This document shows, in pieces, positions 1 through 8,586 of a stretch of DNA of 64,000 nucleotides. The stretch's first letter is position 1. Each line of letters starts with the position of its first letter. The stretch is taken from contig JBAZJW010000002.1 in NCBI GenBank assembly GCA_041651055.1, forward strand, positions 26,980 to 90,979, given 5' to 3'. The position numbers and the translations under genes are program-made. The notes beneath the pieces were generated by a model that did no database searches, was not told the origin of the DNA, and saw only the letters and a list, made by a program, of their open reading frames with translations. Origin of the DNA: Minisyncoccota bacterium (GTDB lineage: Bacteria; Patescibacteriota; Minisyncoccia; Phycocordibacterales; UBA5272).

Positions 1-596
1 GAAGAAGGATTGAGGCTGGTCCAATTATACTAAAAGATCTTGAACTTATAAGAGAATATGGTATTACACTTCAACAGTATGATGGTGTGTTGTTATCGCA
101 AAACAATGTTTGTGCGATTTGCAGAAAACCAGAAACTGCTGTTGATTCTAGAACAGGAAAAGTGCGCTATTTATCTGTTGATCACAATCATAAATTCGGT
201 AAAAAAGATGCTGCTGGTCATAGAGGTTTGTTGTGCAAGAATTGTAATTTGGCTATAGGTAGGATTGATGACCTAGAAATAATTGACAGTGCTATTGTTT
301 ATTTGAGCGGTTACACAAAAGAACATAACTGTGTGTCTATGAAACAATTTAGAGATGTGCACACAAAACTTCAGAACAATAAATGTAAAATTTGTGGTAA
401 ACCAGAAAAATCAATCAATCCGTACACAAAGACGGCACACATTTTGTCGTTGGACCATGATCATAGTATGGAAAAGAAGGATCCCAGGAGCTGGCGTGGT
501 TTGATATGTATGAGATGTAATACTGTGATTGGTTTCTTTTATAATAAAATACTGTTGTTGTCAGTAAAAAGATACTTAGAAAAATATGGATTGTGA
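1..596 (+). CDS. Recombination endonuclease VII (T4 gp49-like), 5'-partial at the window edge; two tandem EndoVII/HNH-like repeats in one chain
   Basis: Frame is open to nt 3. Repeat 1: CAICRK...LSVDHNHKFGKKDAAGHRGLLCKNCNLAIG. Repeat 2: CKICGKP...LSLDHDHSMEKKDPRSWRGLICMRCNTVIG. Resembles T4 endo VII ...HLDHDH...GKVRGLLCNLCN. Confidence 0.75.
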   Translation, partial: RRIEAGPIILKDLELIREYGITLQQYDGVLLSQNNVCAICRKPETAVDSRTGKVRYLSVDHNHKFGKKDAAGHRGLLCKNCNLAIGRIDDLEIIDSAIVYLSGYTKEHNCVSMKQFRDVHTKLQNNKCKICGKPEKSINPYTKTAHILSLDHDHSMEKKDPRSWRGLICMRCNTVIGFFYNKILLLSVKRYLEKYGL

Positions 597-1002
597 AATG
601 GCTCGAATAATCATATGTGATGATAGTATTTCATTTTGTGAGATGATGAAAGATATGCTATTAAAATGTTCTAATAAGAGGTATGAATCTTCTTTTGAGT
701 TAAAAGTGGATGGAGCACACAGTGCTGTTGAGTTTTTTGATATGATAAAATCACGTAATTATGAATTGGTGATATTGGATATAATATTGGCTCGTGATGA
801 TGGCTGGGCAATTTTGTCGGAGATTCGCAAGGACAAATCTAAGTCTGATCTTCCAGTGATAGTGGTGTCTGCTGTAGATAGCGTAGATTTGAAGTATGAG
901 TCGATAAGAAAAGGTGCGGTAGATGGTTTTGCTAAGCCTCTTCGGGGGGAAGAGCTAAAGCGTTTTGTGGATGTGGTATTCAACTTGGTCGTGGACAGGT
1001 AA
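586..1002 (+). CDS. Stand-alone CheY-like receiver (REC) domain protein with no output domain
   Basis: ARIIICDD acidic pair, ELVILDIIL phospho-acceptor Asp, VIVVSAV, FAKP lysine: the canonical REC signature. Start may be ATG 598. Confidence 0.7.
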   Translation: MDCEMARIIICDDSISFCEMMKDMLLKCSNKRYESSFELKVDGAHSAVEFFDMIKSRNYELVILDIILARDDGWAILSEIRKDKSKSDLPVIVVSAVDSVDLKYESIRKGAVDGFAKPLRGEELKRFVDVVFNLVVDR

Positions 1003-1020
1003 CACAAAGGGGACGGGCTA

Positions 1021-1507
1021 CATGGAAACTCCACAAATAGTTACGTTGGCGGTTGCGGTATTTGCTGCTTTCATGACTCTTATTATAGGTGTGTGGTTGA
1101 AGAAACTGTTTTCATCGTTTGTTGACAGCATAAAGGAAAAGGTTGACAAGTCTGTAGATAAAGAATCGTTTGAAGCATTTAAGAAAGAAATACAAAATAA
1201 CGTGCAGGCAGTTTTAGGGAAAGTGGGTGGTATAGAGCGAGAATGTAAAGATATAGACCAAGTAAACCGAGGCCAAGAAAAAGACATCACCAGACTTCAA
1301 GAGTGCACGCGTGATCTAGACTCAATAAGAAAACAAATGCTTGTTATTGAATCGTTGAAGTCTGAATTTTTGGAGAAATTTACGCGTCGCGGGGACTTTA
1401 TACGTGAAATGCAGTTGTTGAATTCGCAGTTGGAAATCATACAGAAAAAGATTGATAAGCTAGATGAGCGCATAAACAGACGTGCGTTCAAAGTGGTAGA
1501 GGAGTGA
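1021..1507 (+). CDS. Membrane-anchored coiled-coil protein
   Basis: N-terminal transmembrane helix IVTLAVAVFAAFMTLIIGVWL followed by heptad-rich sequence; RBS aaagggga upstream of the ATG. Confidence 0.5.
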
Positions 1508-1513
1508 TAGGTA

Positions 1514-1711
1514 ATGGGCACTAACACTATCAAGGAAAGATTTGCACACGTAATAGACAAATTAACTGGTATGAATGGTGGTGGTAAGTTAGAATTGAAG
1601 AAGATGGTTGAAAGAGGTGAAATCGATGATGTGGAAGCTAGCATCATTGAAACATACGCGGTATGTGAAAAGATAAAGAGATCTATAGACAGACTATCAG
1701 AAGCCGTATAA
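1514..1711 (+). CDS. Hypothetical small protein
   Basis: ORF with RBS, packed tightly against the upstream gene. Confidence 0.4.
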   Translation: MGTNTIKERFAHVIDKLTGMNGGGKLELKKMVERGEIDDVEASIIETYAVCEKIKRSIDRLSEAV

Positions 1712-1741
1712 CTATTAATAACGAAACGAAAAGCAGGCTCG

Positions 1742-2302
1742 ATGATCACCAAATTCAATCAAAGTATAGGTGATGTGGTGTTGGTGGAGTCTTCGAAGTA
1801 CGAAGACGATCGTGGGTTTTTGTCAGAAGTATTTAACGAAATGGAGTATGAGAAGGCAATTGGTAAGTCTATTAGTATCAAACAGTTGAATACATCGTGT
1901 TCAAAGAAGGGTGTTATTAGAGGAATACACTATGCTGTTAATAACCCGCAGGGGAAATTGGTGCAGGTGTTGAGTGGTGCTGTGTACGATGTAGCCGTTG
2001 ATTTGAGAGCAAATTCTCCAACCTTCAGCAAATGGTGTGCTGCATTTTTGATGAATGACACTGATGCGTGTAGATTGCTGTGGATTCCACCTGGGTTTGG
2101 GCACGCTTTTATGGCCTTGGCAGATAATACCATCATTCAGTATTTGATGACTGAAGTGTATGAAAAAGATAATGACAGAACGATTTTATACAATGATCCT
2201 ACTATTAATATTAGGTGGCCAACATTTTTTGTTGATAAAGTGGTTGTGTCGGAAAAGGACAAAAACGGTAAAAGGCTGACAGAAGCAGAAGTGTATGGTT
2301 GA
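1742..2302 (+). CDS. rmlC: dTDP-4-dehydrorhamnose 3,5-epimerase (RmlC cupin)
   Basis: IRGIHYA, VQVLSGAVYDVAVDLR, WIPPGFGHAF: the RmlC signature blocks. Confidence 0.85.
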   Translation: MITKFNQSIGDVVLVESSKYEDDRGFLSEVFNEMEYEKAIGKSISIKQLNTSCSKKGVIRGIHYAVNNPQGKLVQVLSGAVYDVAVDLRANSPTFSKWCAAFLMNDTDACRLLWIPPGFGHAFMALADNTIIQYLMTEVYEKDNDRTILYNDPTINIRWPTFFVDKVVVSEKDKNGKRLTEAEVYG

Positions 2303-2489
2303 TTTAATAGGAAAATGGGTAAAATTGTACAACGGTATCATTATGAATGTAGTAAAAGAAATTGATGCTGATTACGTGTTGTGTGCGTTTATACCATGCT
2401 CCAAGAACTCGAAGAGGTATAAAATAAAGAAGTCAGATATTGTGGAAGTAACTGATAGGGAAACAAAACGTCCAGCAGGGTGTGTTTAA
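2295..2489 (+). CDS. Hypothetical small protein
   Basis: ORF overlapping the rmlC stop. Confidence 0.35.
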   Translation: MVDLIGKWVKLYNGIIMNVVKEIDADYVLCAFIPCSKNSKRYKIKKSDIVEVTDRETKRPAGCV

Positions 2490-2538
2490 TAGCTTGATTG
2501 TGTGGCTGATTTGTGGTATGATTGCGTTGGAGGTCATA

Positions 2539-2783
2539 TGACTGAAGCTGTGAAAATAGAGATGCCATCTAAGTTGCTGGTTCTGACTGATGAAGATGAT
2601 ATCAAGCTTGCTACAAAGATGTGGCAATTGTGGAGTGTGGTGCATGAAGCAGTTTGGGGTGATTTTTACATGACCAAAATCAAGCACGGTGAGTGTGATG
2701 AAAAAACCCGTGCCGCGTATGAAGAGTACAGAGATTTTATTTTTAGGTGTCTGGAAGAACACGGTATAGACATTAATGAATAA
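2539..2783 (+). CDS. Hypothetical protein
   Basis: ATG with ggagg RBS 4 nt upstream; the ORF ends just before the tRNA pair. Confidence 0.4.
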
Positions 2784-2784
2784 T

Positions 2785-2858
2785 ACCCCCGTTGTCTAAT
2801 AGGAGAAGACACCTGGCCTCTACCCAGGTAACTGCGGGTTCGAGTCCTGCCGGGGGTG
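2785..2858 (+). tRNA. tRNA-Arg (anticodon TCT)
   Basis: Manual cloverleaf. Acceptor ACCCCCG/CGGGGGT, D arm GTCT-AATAGGAGA-AGAC, anticodon arm CCTGG-CCTCTAC-CCAGG, T arm GCGGG-TTCGAGT-CCTGC. Position 33 is C, which is unusual. Confidence 0.75.
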
Positions 2859-2862
2859 TTGT

Positions 2863-2937
2863 GCACCGTTAGCTCAACTAGGTTAGAGCGCGTGGCTGTT
2901 AACCACGAGGTTGAACGTTCAATTCGTTCACGGTGCG
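2863..2937 (+). tRNA. tRNA-Asn (anticodon GTT)
   Basis: Manual cloverleaf. Acceptor GCACCGT/ACGGTGC, D arm GCTC...GAGC, anticodon arm CGTGG-CTGTTAA-CCACG, T arm GAACG-TTCAATT-CGTTC. Confidence 0.85.
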
Positions 2938-2987
2938 TGTGGTTGCAATGAAACTGGCGGGTGTACTTCTGAAAGGCGGTACAATAC

Positions 2988-3314
2988 GTGACCGATGTAC
3001 CAGTAGTAAACATAAAAGTGGATTTGCTTACATTGTTGTGTGCTGTTCAAGATTGTTGTCTGGGTGAGTACTCCAGGACAGGCGGTTTTTTGAAAATAAA
3101 CAAGGATAATGAACTGCTCGATGGATACCACAGGCTGGTGGAGTGTATGGTGCTGGGTGTAAAAGAATTGAGGTGTGAAGTAGGAAACGGTGATACTAAT
3201 CCTGCAAGGGAGGAATTTATTGCAAAGCCGAACGACAGGTTTTGTGGTTTGGAAAGATATTATGATGCAAGTGTGCTTGAAGATGTGTGTTGTGCGCTAG
3301 GAGGTGGCGTGTGA
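2988..3314 (+). CDS. Hypothetical protein, possibly a ParB/Srx-like fold (DGYHRLVECMVLG)
   Basis: ORF; weak motif resemblance only. Confidence 0.35.
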   Translation: MTDVPVVNIKVDLLTLLCAVQDCCLGEYSRTGGFLKINKDNELLDGYHRLVECMVLGVKELRCEVGNGDTNPAREEFIAKPNDRFCGLERYYDASVLEDVCCALGGGV

Positions 3315-3649
3315 TTAATGTTGCGAATGTAAGATACACCAAATACAGCAAAAATGATCCGACTGTGATATATGTAGGGCGAAAAATGAAAGATTTTGGT
3401 GGCTCTGTGTTGGGCAATCCATATAAAATAAACAAACAGGACAATGTTTTAGATACTGGAAGAGATAAAGTAATTCGTAAGTACAAAATGTGGTTGTTAG
3501 AGAGAATGAAAGACAAAGAGTCCGATCAGTTCAAGGAAATGATCAGACTAAAGAGACTGTCTGAGGCAGGGAATTTGACGTTGCTGTGTTGGTGTTGGCC
3601 TTTGCATTGTCATGGTGATGTAATAAAGGAGATACTTGAGAGTATGTAA
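3311..3649 (+). CDS. DUF4326-like protein
   Basis: VIYVGRK...GSVLGNPYKI ... LLCWCWPLHCHGDV matches the DUF4326 pattern (GNPF...C.C.P..CH). Confidence 0.5.
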   Translation: MINVANVRYTKYSKNDPTVIYVGRKMKDFGGSVLGNPYKINKQDNVLDTGRDKVIRKYKMWLLERMKDKESDQFKEMIRLKRLSEAGNLTLLCWCWPLHCHGDVIKEILESM

Positions 3650-3677
3650 TTTACTTCCTTTGCGAATGCAGTATAAT
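3650..3677 (+). promoter_or_regulatory. Sigma70-like promoter TTTACT-N16-TATAAT
   Basis: TTTACT 3650-3655, 16-nt spacer, TATAAT 3672-3677, upstream of the 3698 gene. Confidence 0.5.
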
Positions 3678-3697
3678 ATCAATTAGGAGGTACTTAC

Positions 3698-4198
3698 GTG
3701 ACAGACAAGAGTGTTGCTACACCGAGATCGATTCCGGAAAATTATTACAGCAACTACTTGGGTAGATATGTCTTGGAGTTGTGTGATCGGTACAACAAAA
3801 GTTTGACAGATGTTGCGCACAGGCTCCACTGCGGGAGACCTACGCTATATGCATTTGTGACTGGAAGACGTAAGTACATTGACAGCACCATTTTGGATCG
3901 ACTGGGAGCAGTATTCCCCAATGTTGATATGGATAACGTGCGCAGGCTTGAAAAGATGGATGAAGAGGAAAACGTGCGCCGAAGACCGGGCGTGAAGGTC
4001 ATCAAGAAATGGAACAAAACTGGTAGTGTGGTGACGCCAGAAAAGGTGATTGGCGCACCAGTTGGCGTGGACTCTGTATCTAGAATAAAATTGGCTCTGT
4101 GGGATACGCTGGACGGATCACTTACTCTGTCTACTGCTAGGTCTATTTTAGAAACCATGCTTGATGCGATGACGTCACCAACGTCGGAGAAAAAGTGA
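3698..4198 (+). CDS. Putative HTH DNA-binding protein
   Basis: GTG start after RBS aggagg; LTDVAHRLHCGRPTLYAFVTGRR is a helix-turn-helix-like segment. Confidence 0.45.
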   Translation: MTDKSVATPRSIPENYYSNYLGRYVLELCDRYNKSLTDVAHRLHCGRPTLYAFVTGRRKYIDSTILDRLGAVFPNVDMDNVRRLEKMDEEENVRRRPGVKVIKKWNKTGSVVTPEKVIGAPVGVDSVSRIKLALWDTLDGSLTLSTARSILETMLDAMTSPTSEKK

Positions 4199-4467
4199 TG
4201 GATGCAATCCTTGCAAAGTGCCCATTTTGTGGTCAGCAACAGACTTTTACCACAGACAAACTTTGTCAAATAGGGATTACTGCACGTGGCAGCAAGTCCA
4301 AAATGTACAGGGTCGGTGATGCTGTAAGACCTGGAGGCATGTGCAGATCAGATGCCAAACTTGTACTGGACAGTGAGTGTCCAGGGTGTCACGAAAAGCC
4401 TGTGTTGGCCTTGAAGGGGTACAAGATTGGTGGCATGTTACGTAGCGCGGACGAGAATCTAACATGA
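4195..4467 (+). CDS. Zinc-ribbon protein
   Basis: CPFCGQQ ... CPGCHEK cysteine pairs. Confidence 0.45.
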   Translation: MMDAILAKCPFCGQQQTFTTDKLCQIGITARGSKSKMYRVGDAVRPGGMCRSDAKLVLDSECPGCHEKPVLALKGYKIGGMLRSADENLT

Positions 4468-4964
4468 CATTGGTAGCCAAAGCCATAGAGTTTGCCAAGA
4501 TTGCCCACGGCGATCAAAAGTATGGTGATAAGCCATATTTTCAACATCTGCTTGAAGTGGGTATGGCAGTAACGCTGTCCAAGATGCACTATAAACATGT
4601 GGGTGATGATGAGGTAATATGTGCCGCGTTTTTGCATGATGTGCTTGAGGATACTGAAGTTACGCGCAAACAGTTGATTGAGGAGTTTGGAGTCAAAGTT
4701 GCAGATTTAGTTTTTGCAGTCACTGATGAGCCTGGCATCAGCCGGAAGGAAAAGAAGGCAAAAACTTTATTGAAAATTGCGGGGGCTGGTGATGCCGCCA
4801 CGCTAATCAAGCTGTGTGACAGGATCTGTAACATGCGTAACAGCGCCGGTACTAGTTTTATGGATATGTATAAGAAAGAGGCAGCAGAATTTAAAAGGGT
4901 GTTATATAGGAAAGGGCTGTTCGAGGAATTGTGGTCAGAATTCGATGCGCTGGTGAAATCATGA
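4464..4964 (+). CDS. HD-domain small alarmone hydrolase (SpoT/Mesh1-type (p)ppGpp hydrolase-like)
   Basis: HGDQKYGDKPYFQHLLEV ... AAFLHDVLEDTEVTRKQLIEEFGVKVADLV matches the RelA/SpoT HD hydrolase signature. Confidence 0.75.
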   Translation: MTLVAKAIEFAKIAHGDQKYGDKPYFQHLLEVGMAVTLSKMHYKHVGDDEVICAAFLHDVLEDTEVTRKQLIEEFGVKVADLVFAVTDEPGISRKEKKAKTLLKIAGAGDAATLIKLCDRICNMRNSAGTSFMDMYKKEAAEFKRVLYRKGLFEELWSEFDALVKS

Positions 4965-5074
4965 AGACGAAATATGCGCGATCATTTAGTGGGGCGCGGG
5001 TGGGCTTGTCTCGGCACGTCCAGGCACACCTCGGTACGGCTTGGGTAGCTAAATATCAAGAGGAGAACATTTGA
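4961..5074 (+). CDS. Candidate 37-aa micro-ORF (MKTKYARSFSGARVGLSRHVQAHLGTAWVAKYQEENI)
   Basis: ATGA overlap with the HD gene stop and TGATG overlap with the NADAR start suggest translational coupling; GC-rich; unverified. Confidence 0.25.
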   Translation: MKTKYARSFSGARVGLSRHVQAHLGTAWVAKYQEENI

Positions 5075-5781
5075 TGAAAGTGATTGATAGCTTCCGTGGT
5101 GAACATGCTTTTCTGTCTAATTTTTATGCATGTAACATATCTGTCGGTCTCAATTGTTTTAGCTCTTCGGAACAGATGTATCAGTATTATAAGACTACGG
5201 ACGCGAAATTCAGAAAATTGATTCTGTCTGATGGTGGCAACCCATCTGTAGCCAAGAGGCTTGGTTGTAAGGCTCCACTACATGAAGATTTTGAGAAGAA
5301 CAAGCTGAGTATTATGTATTTGGTGGTATTTGAGAAATTTATTCAAAATCTAGATTTGCGTGATAGACTTTTACAAACCGAGAACGCCAAATTGGTAGAG
5401 GGCAACAACTGGAAAGATGTGTTTTGGGGCGTGTGTGGAGGTAAGGGTGAGAATCACTTAGGAAAGATCCTGATGCAGGTGCGCCACCATTTTCAGTGTT
5501 GCCGTAATTCCAAAATTTACATGGAAACAGTAGATTTTGTTGGTGGTACGTTGGACGATGTTTATGAGAAAAAAAGTGAAAATGAGAGAAGGCAGCAAGA
5601 CGAGAAGGTCGTTAGGAATATTGCTAAATGCAAGAAGTGTGGTGACGTAATAGAATCTAAATATCGACATGATTTCGTTCAGTGTAAGTGTGGTGCTATT
5701 TTTGTTGATGGTGGACACGACTATTATAGGCGCGGTGGTAACTTAGAAGATTTTGATGAGATTGACCCCTCCGTTGATTAA
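5074..5781 (+). CDS. NADAR (YbiA/DUF1768) ADP-ribose-processing hydrolase with C-terminal zinc ribbon
   Basis: FRGEHAFLSNFY and VFWGVCGGKGENHLGKILMQVR NADAR blocks; C-terminal CKKCGDV...CKCG. Confidence 0.8.
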   Translation: MKVIDSFRGEHAFLSNFYACNISVGLNCFSSSEQMYQYYKTTDAKFRKLILSDGGNPSVAKRLGCKAPLHEDFEKNKLSIMYLVVFEKFIQNLDLRDRLLQTENAKLVEGNNWKDVFWGVCGGKGENHLGKILMQVRHHFQCCRNSKIYMETVDFVGGTLDDVYEKKSENERRQQDEKVVRNIAKCKKCGDVIESKYRHDFVQCKCGAIFVDGGHDYYRRGGNLEDFDEIDPSVD

Positions 5782-5827
5782 ATAATACGTTATAACCCAT
5801 AGTACAATAATGCAACTGGGAGGAAAT

Positions 5828-6406
5828 ATGCTATCCAGATTTGTAGCTGCATCAATAAAATGTTTGTCACAGGAAAAAGAGCAGGAATTTGATGTATCAA
5901 AGATGACTCTTGAAGAAATACAGGAATTAATTGATAAGGGGGTTGGTTTAGAGCCTTCAGGCAAAAATAAGTTATATGTTGAATACGAGCAGGCCGGTAG
6001 TCCCGATAAACTAAGAATACATATACCAGGCGGGTATTTTTGGGATGTAATACCACAGCCAGATGGAAGAATACAAATACAACCAATAGATGTTAAAATC
6101 ATTTATCCAACTGACAAAAGAAAGGTGTACAAGGATTGGGACGATGCTTTGAAAGCGCTCCCTAAAGGCTGGTTGGTGTACAAAGAAGAAAAAGAGGAAG
6201 TACCGCAACAAAAATCTGCGTGGCTTAGACTTGCAATAAAGGTAATATCACAGATGAAAAATATAAAAACCCGCAAGATGGTGTTGTGTCCAAACTGCAA
6301 GACTATTCAAAGAGACAATGCCCCATGCCCAAACTGTAAATATCCTATAGGAAGTGGCCTTCCTACCGACAAAGAACGAAAAGGATCGAAGAACAAGGGG
6401 GCATGA
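5828..6406 (+). CDS. Hypothetical protein with C-terminal zinc ribbon
   Basis: RBS ggagga; CPNCKT...CPNCKY. Confidence 0.5.
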   Translation: MLSRFVAASIKCLSQEKEQEFDVSKMTLEEIQELIDKGVGLEPSGKNKLYVEYEQAGSPDKLRIHIPGGYFWDVIPQPDGRIQIQPIDVKIIYPTDKRKVYKDWDDALKALPKGWLVYKEEKEEVPQQKSAWLRLAIKVISQMKNIKTRKMVLCPNCKTIQRDNAPCPNCKYPIGSGLPTDKERKGSKNKGA

Positions 6407-6778
6407 ATGCTGTTTATAACCAAGGCTATAGCATTTTTCAAGTCTGCCGGATTGTGGATTGTCAATAACTTCAAATTGTTCATGATCATAGCTGGACTAG
6501 TGATTGTTACTATTTTGGTATTGCTGTGGCGCAATAAAAGCAATAAGATTAAGCAATTGCAGGCAGAACTGTTTTTAGCGCAGTCTAAAATACAATTGGC
6601 CGATCTTGCCCGTAAGTATGCTGTGTCCATGGCGCAATTTATGAACTTGAGACAACAGGATGTTGTTTTAGACAAAAAACTGAATGAAATAGAGAAAGAT
6701 TTAGCAGAAAAGGTTGATCCTGACATGACGGCAGAAGAAGTAGCAGCCAAATTTAGAGAAATGGGAGTCAGACCATGA
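6407..6778 (+). CDS. Membrane protein with coiled coil
   Basis: Transmembrane helix MIIAGLVIVTILVLLW. Confidence 0.5.
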   Translation: MLFITKAIAFFKSAGLWIVNNFKLFMIIAGLVIVTILVLLWRNKSNKIKQLQAELFLAQSKIQLADLARKYAVSMAQFMNLRQQDVVLDKKLNEIEKDLAEKVDPDMTAEEVAAKFREMGVRP

Positions 6779-7173
6779 AGCGCACCTTTTTCGTGTTGGT
6801 GCTGTTGGTATCTGCGCCATCTTATGCACAAGACGACATTCGAGTACAACAAATAGACGGAAAGAGTTTTGTGTGTTTCACAGAAGATGATGCCAAAGTG
6901 TTGTTGCAATTACGGTTAGATTATCCTAAAATGAAAGAGAAAATACTTATCCTTGATGAACGAATAGAGTTAAAGAATAAAATGGTGATGTCACTTGAGG
7001 ATGCCAATGAGTACCTAAACCAACAAAATGGGTTGCTTTTGAAAACCAACGCTGGATTGGAAGAAAAATTAGATTCTATGGATTCGTGGTATCGGTCTCC
7101 CATATTATGGAGCGTCGTGGGCGTTGTTATAGGTGTTGGCATCACTGTGGGGGTAATGTATGCAGTTAAATAA
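6775..7173 (+). CDS. Secreted or membrane protein (signal peptide plus C-terminal transmembrane helix)
   Basis: N-terminus FFVLVLLVSAPSYA; C-terminus ILWSVVGVVIGVGITVGVMY. Confidence 0.5.
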   Translation: MKRTFFVLVLLVSAPSYAQDDIRVQQIDGKSFVCFTEDDAKVLLQLRLDYPKMKEKILILDERIELKNKMVMSLEDANEYLNQQNGLLLKTNAGLEEKLDSMDSWYRSPILWSVVGVVIGVGITVGVMYAVK

Positions 7174-7450
7174 GTACATCAAGTTGGCAGTTGGTGAATT
7201 AGAAGATAGAGTATCTGAGGATGTGGCCAGAGAGGTTGGTGAAGCGATAGGGATTGATTGGGACGAAGTTGAATTTACACCCAAAGACCTGGCTGCTGGT
7301 ATGATGGTAGAATTGGAGCATGGATCCAAAGATGCTAATACGGACGTGACTGGTGATGATTTGGAGATGACTGCTAAGATAGCTTGGGCTCATCTAAAAG
7401 AATCTCCTAAATACTATAAATTATTGGACAAGATGGAAAAAGATTTTTGA
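7160..7450 (+). CDS. Hypothetical acidic protein
   Basis: ORF. Confidence 0.45.
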   Translation: MQLNKYIKLAVGELEDRVSEDVAREVGEAIGIDWDEVEFTPKDLAAGMMVELEHGSKDANTDVTGDDLEMTAKIAWAHLKESPKYYKLLDKMEKDF

Positions 7451-7474
7451 CTCCTTCCTTTCTTGTAGTAGAAT
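7447..7474 (+). promoter_or_regulatory. Sigma70-like promoter TTGACT-N16-TAGAAT
   Basis: The -10 ends 6 nt before ATG 7481, so the transcript may be leaderless. Confidence 0.4.
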
Positions 7475-7480
7475 GGTTAC

Positions 7481-7933
7481 ATGGCTGTTATAGAAATAGA
7501 AACCGAGCCCGTTTCTGTCCCGGTGGATAAATACAGATTTGTGGTTTCTATTTTTGATACCATTAGAAGAATATACGAAATAACAATTCCTTCTTATCTA
7601 TACAAGAATATTGAAGAAAAAATAAAATCAAAACATTTTTACATGAAAGATTACAATACTATGAGACACAATCCTGAAGTATCCATAAAACTACTCAGAA
7701 CTGAACAAGAAGTAGATTGTGTAAATGAAGGTAAGCCTACCCATAAAAATGTTTCAAAATACGTAACCCGAATACCAGCCATAATGAAAATATCTGATGA
7801 ACTAGCAAAACGCGGTCAGAATTTTGATGAGATCATGGATGTGTTGGTAAGTACCTTTGACGATGAGTCTATGAGAGACAAGCACTCTCCAATACCAGAC
7901 ATAGTTAGAATTTCTATTTCTGAGGAATCGTGA
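7481..7933 (+). CDS. Hypothetical protein
   Basis: ORF. Confidence 0.5.
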   Translation: MAVIEIETEPVSVPVDKYRFVVSIFDTIRRIYEITIPSYLYKNIEEKIKSKHFYMKDYNTMRHNPEVSIKLLRTEQEVDCVNEGKPTHKNVSKYVTRIPAIMKISDELAKRGQNFDEIMDVLVSTFDDESMRDKHSPIPDIVRISISEES

Positions 7934-8586
7934 TGTGGGGGATAGTTGTAATAAGCAATGATGTGTTTTGTGTGAGGTCTGTTCCTGCCCAAGAATCAAT
8001 TATCAAAGCATTTATGAATATCAATAAACTGTGTGAAGCTGGTATCAGAGACATAGTAGTATCGGTGAATTCATCGTTTGTTGGGGACGTGGTTCAGTAT
8101 TTTGCCAACAGAAAAGACATAGATGCCAACTTGGTGTATGTGAGTTATGATGACAGCACAGACATGTTGTCTGGGGTACTTGCCTGTAAAAGTGTGGTTA
8201 AAGGGAATTTGTGTATTGTGGTAGCAAACAGGATCATAGATCATATTATACAAAACTATGTAAATAAATTTATGTCTATACACATTGAGAGTATGCCAAT
8301 ACTTGTAGAGTACAAGGCAGGAAGCCCAGCGGTGCTGGTTTCGGACGGTGGGAATACGGTTTCGTTTGAAGAAGACCCGTCAGAAGTGTGGGTGCAAGAA
8401 AAATGTAAGCATGTTGGATACTCGGTGAAAGGGGTGTCTAATGTTCACTTTTTCTCAGAGGTGGTATTTGATTACATAAGAACAGCCAGATCAAGAGGAT
8501 CTGTGTGTAAAACTATGTCTGATTTATACAACTATTTGCGACTAATCGGGATCTCTGGGGTTGCTTTTGTGAATAAGGAGGAATAA
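7930..8586 (+). CDS. Hypothetical protein
   Basis: ORF overlapping the upstream stop. Confidence 0.5.
   Translation: MMWGIVVISNDVFCVRSVPAQESIIKAFMNINKLCEAGIRDIVVSVNSSFVGDVVQYFANRKDIDANLVYVSYDDSTDMLSGVLACKSVVKGNLCIVVANRIIDHIIQNYVNKFMSIHIESMPILVEYKAGSPAVLVSDGGNTVSFEEDPSEVWVQEKCKHVGYSVKGVSNVHFFSEVVFDYIRTARSRGSVCKTMSDLYNYLRLIGISGVAFVNKEE

Noticed and set aside
6407-6778. N-terminus ITKAIAFFKSAG as a member of the leader family
   Set aside because: Only a partial match, and the protein is an integral membrane protein; the similarity is probably coincidental.
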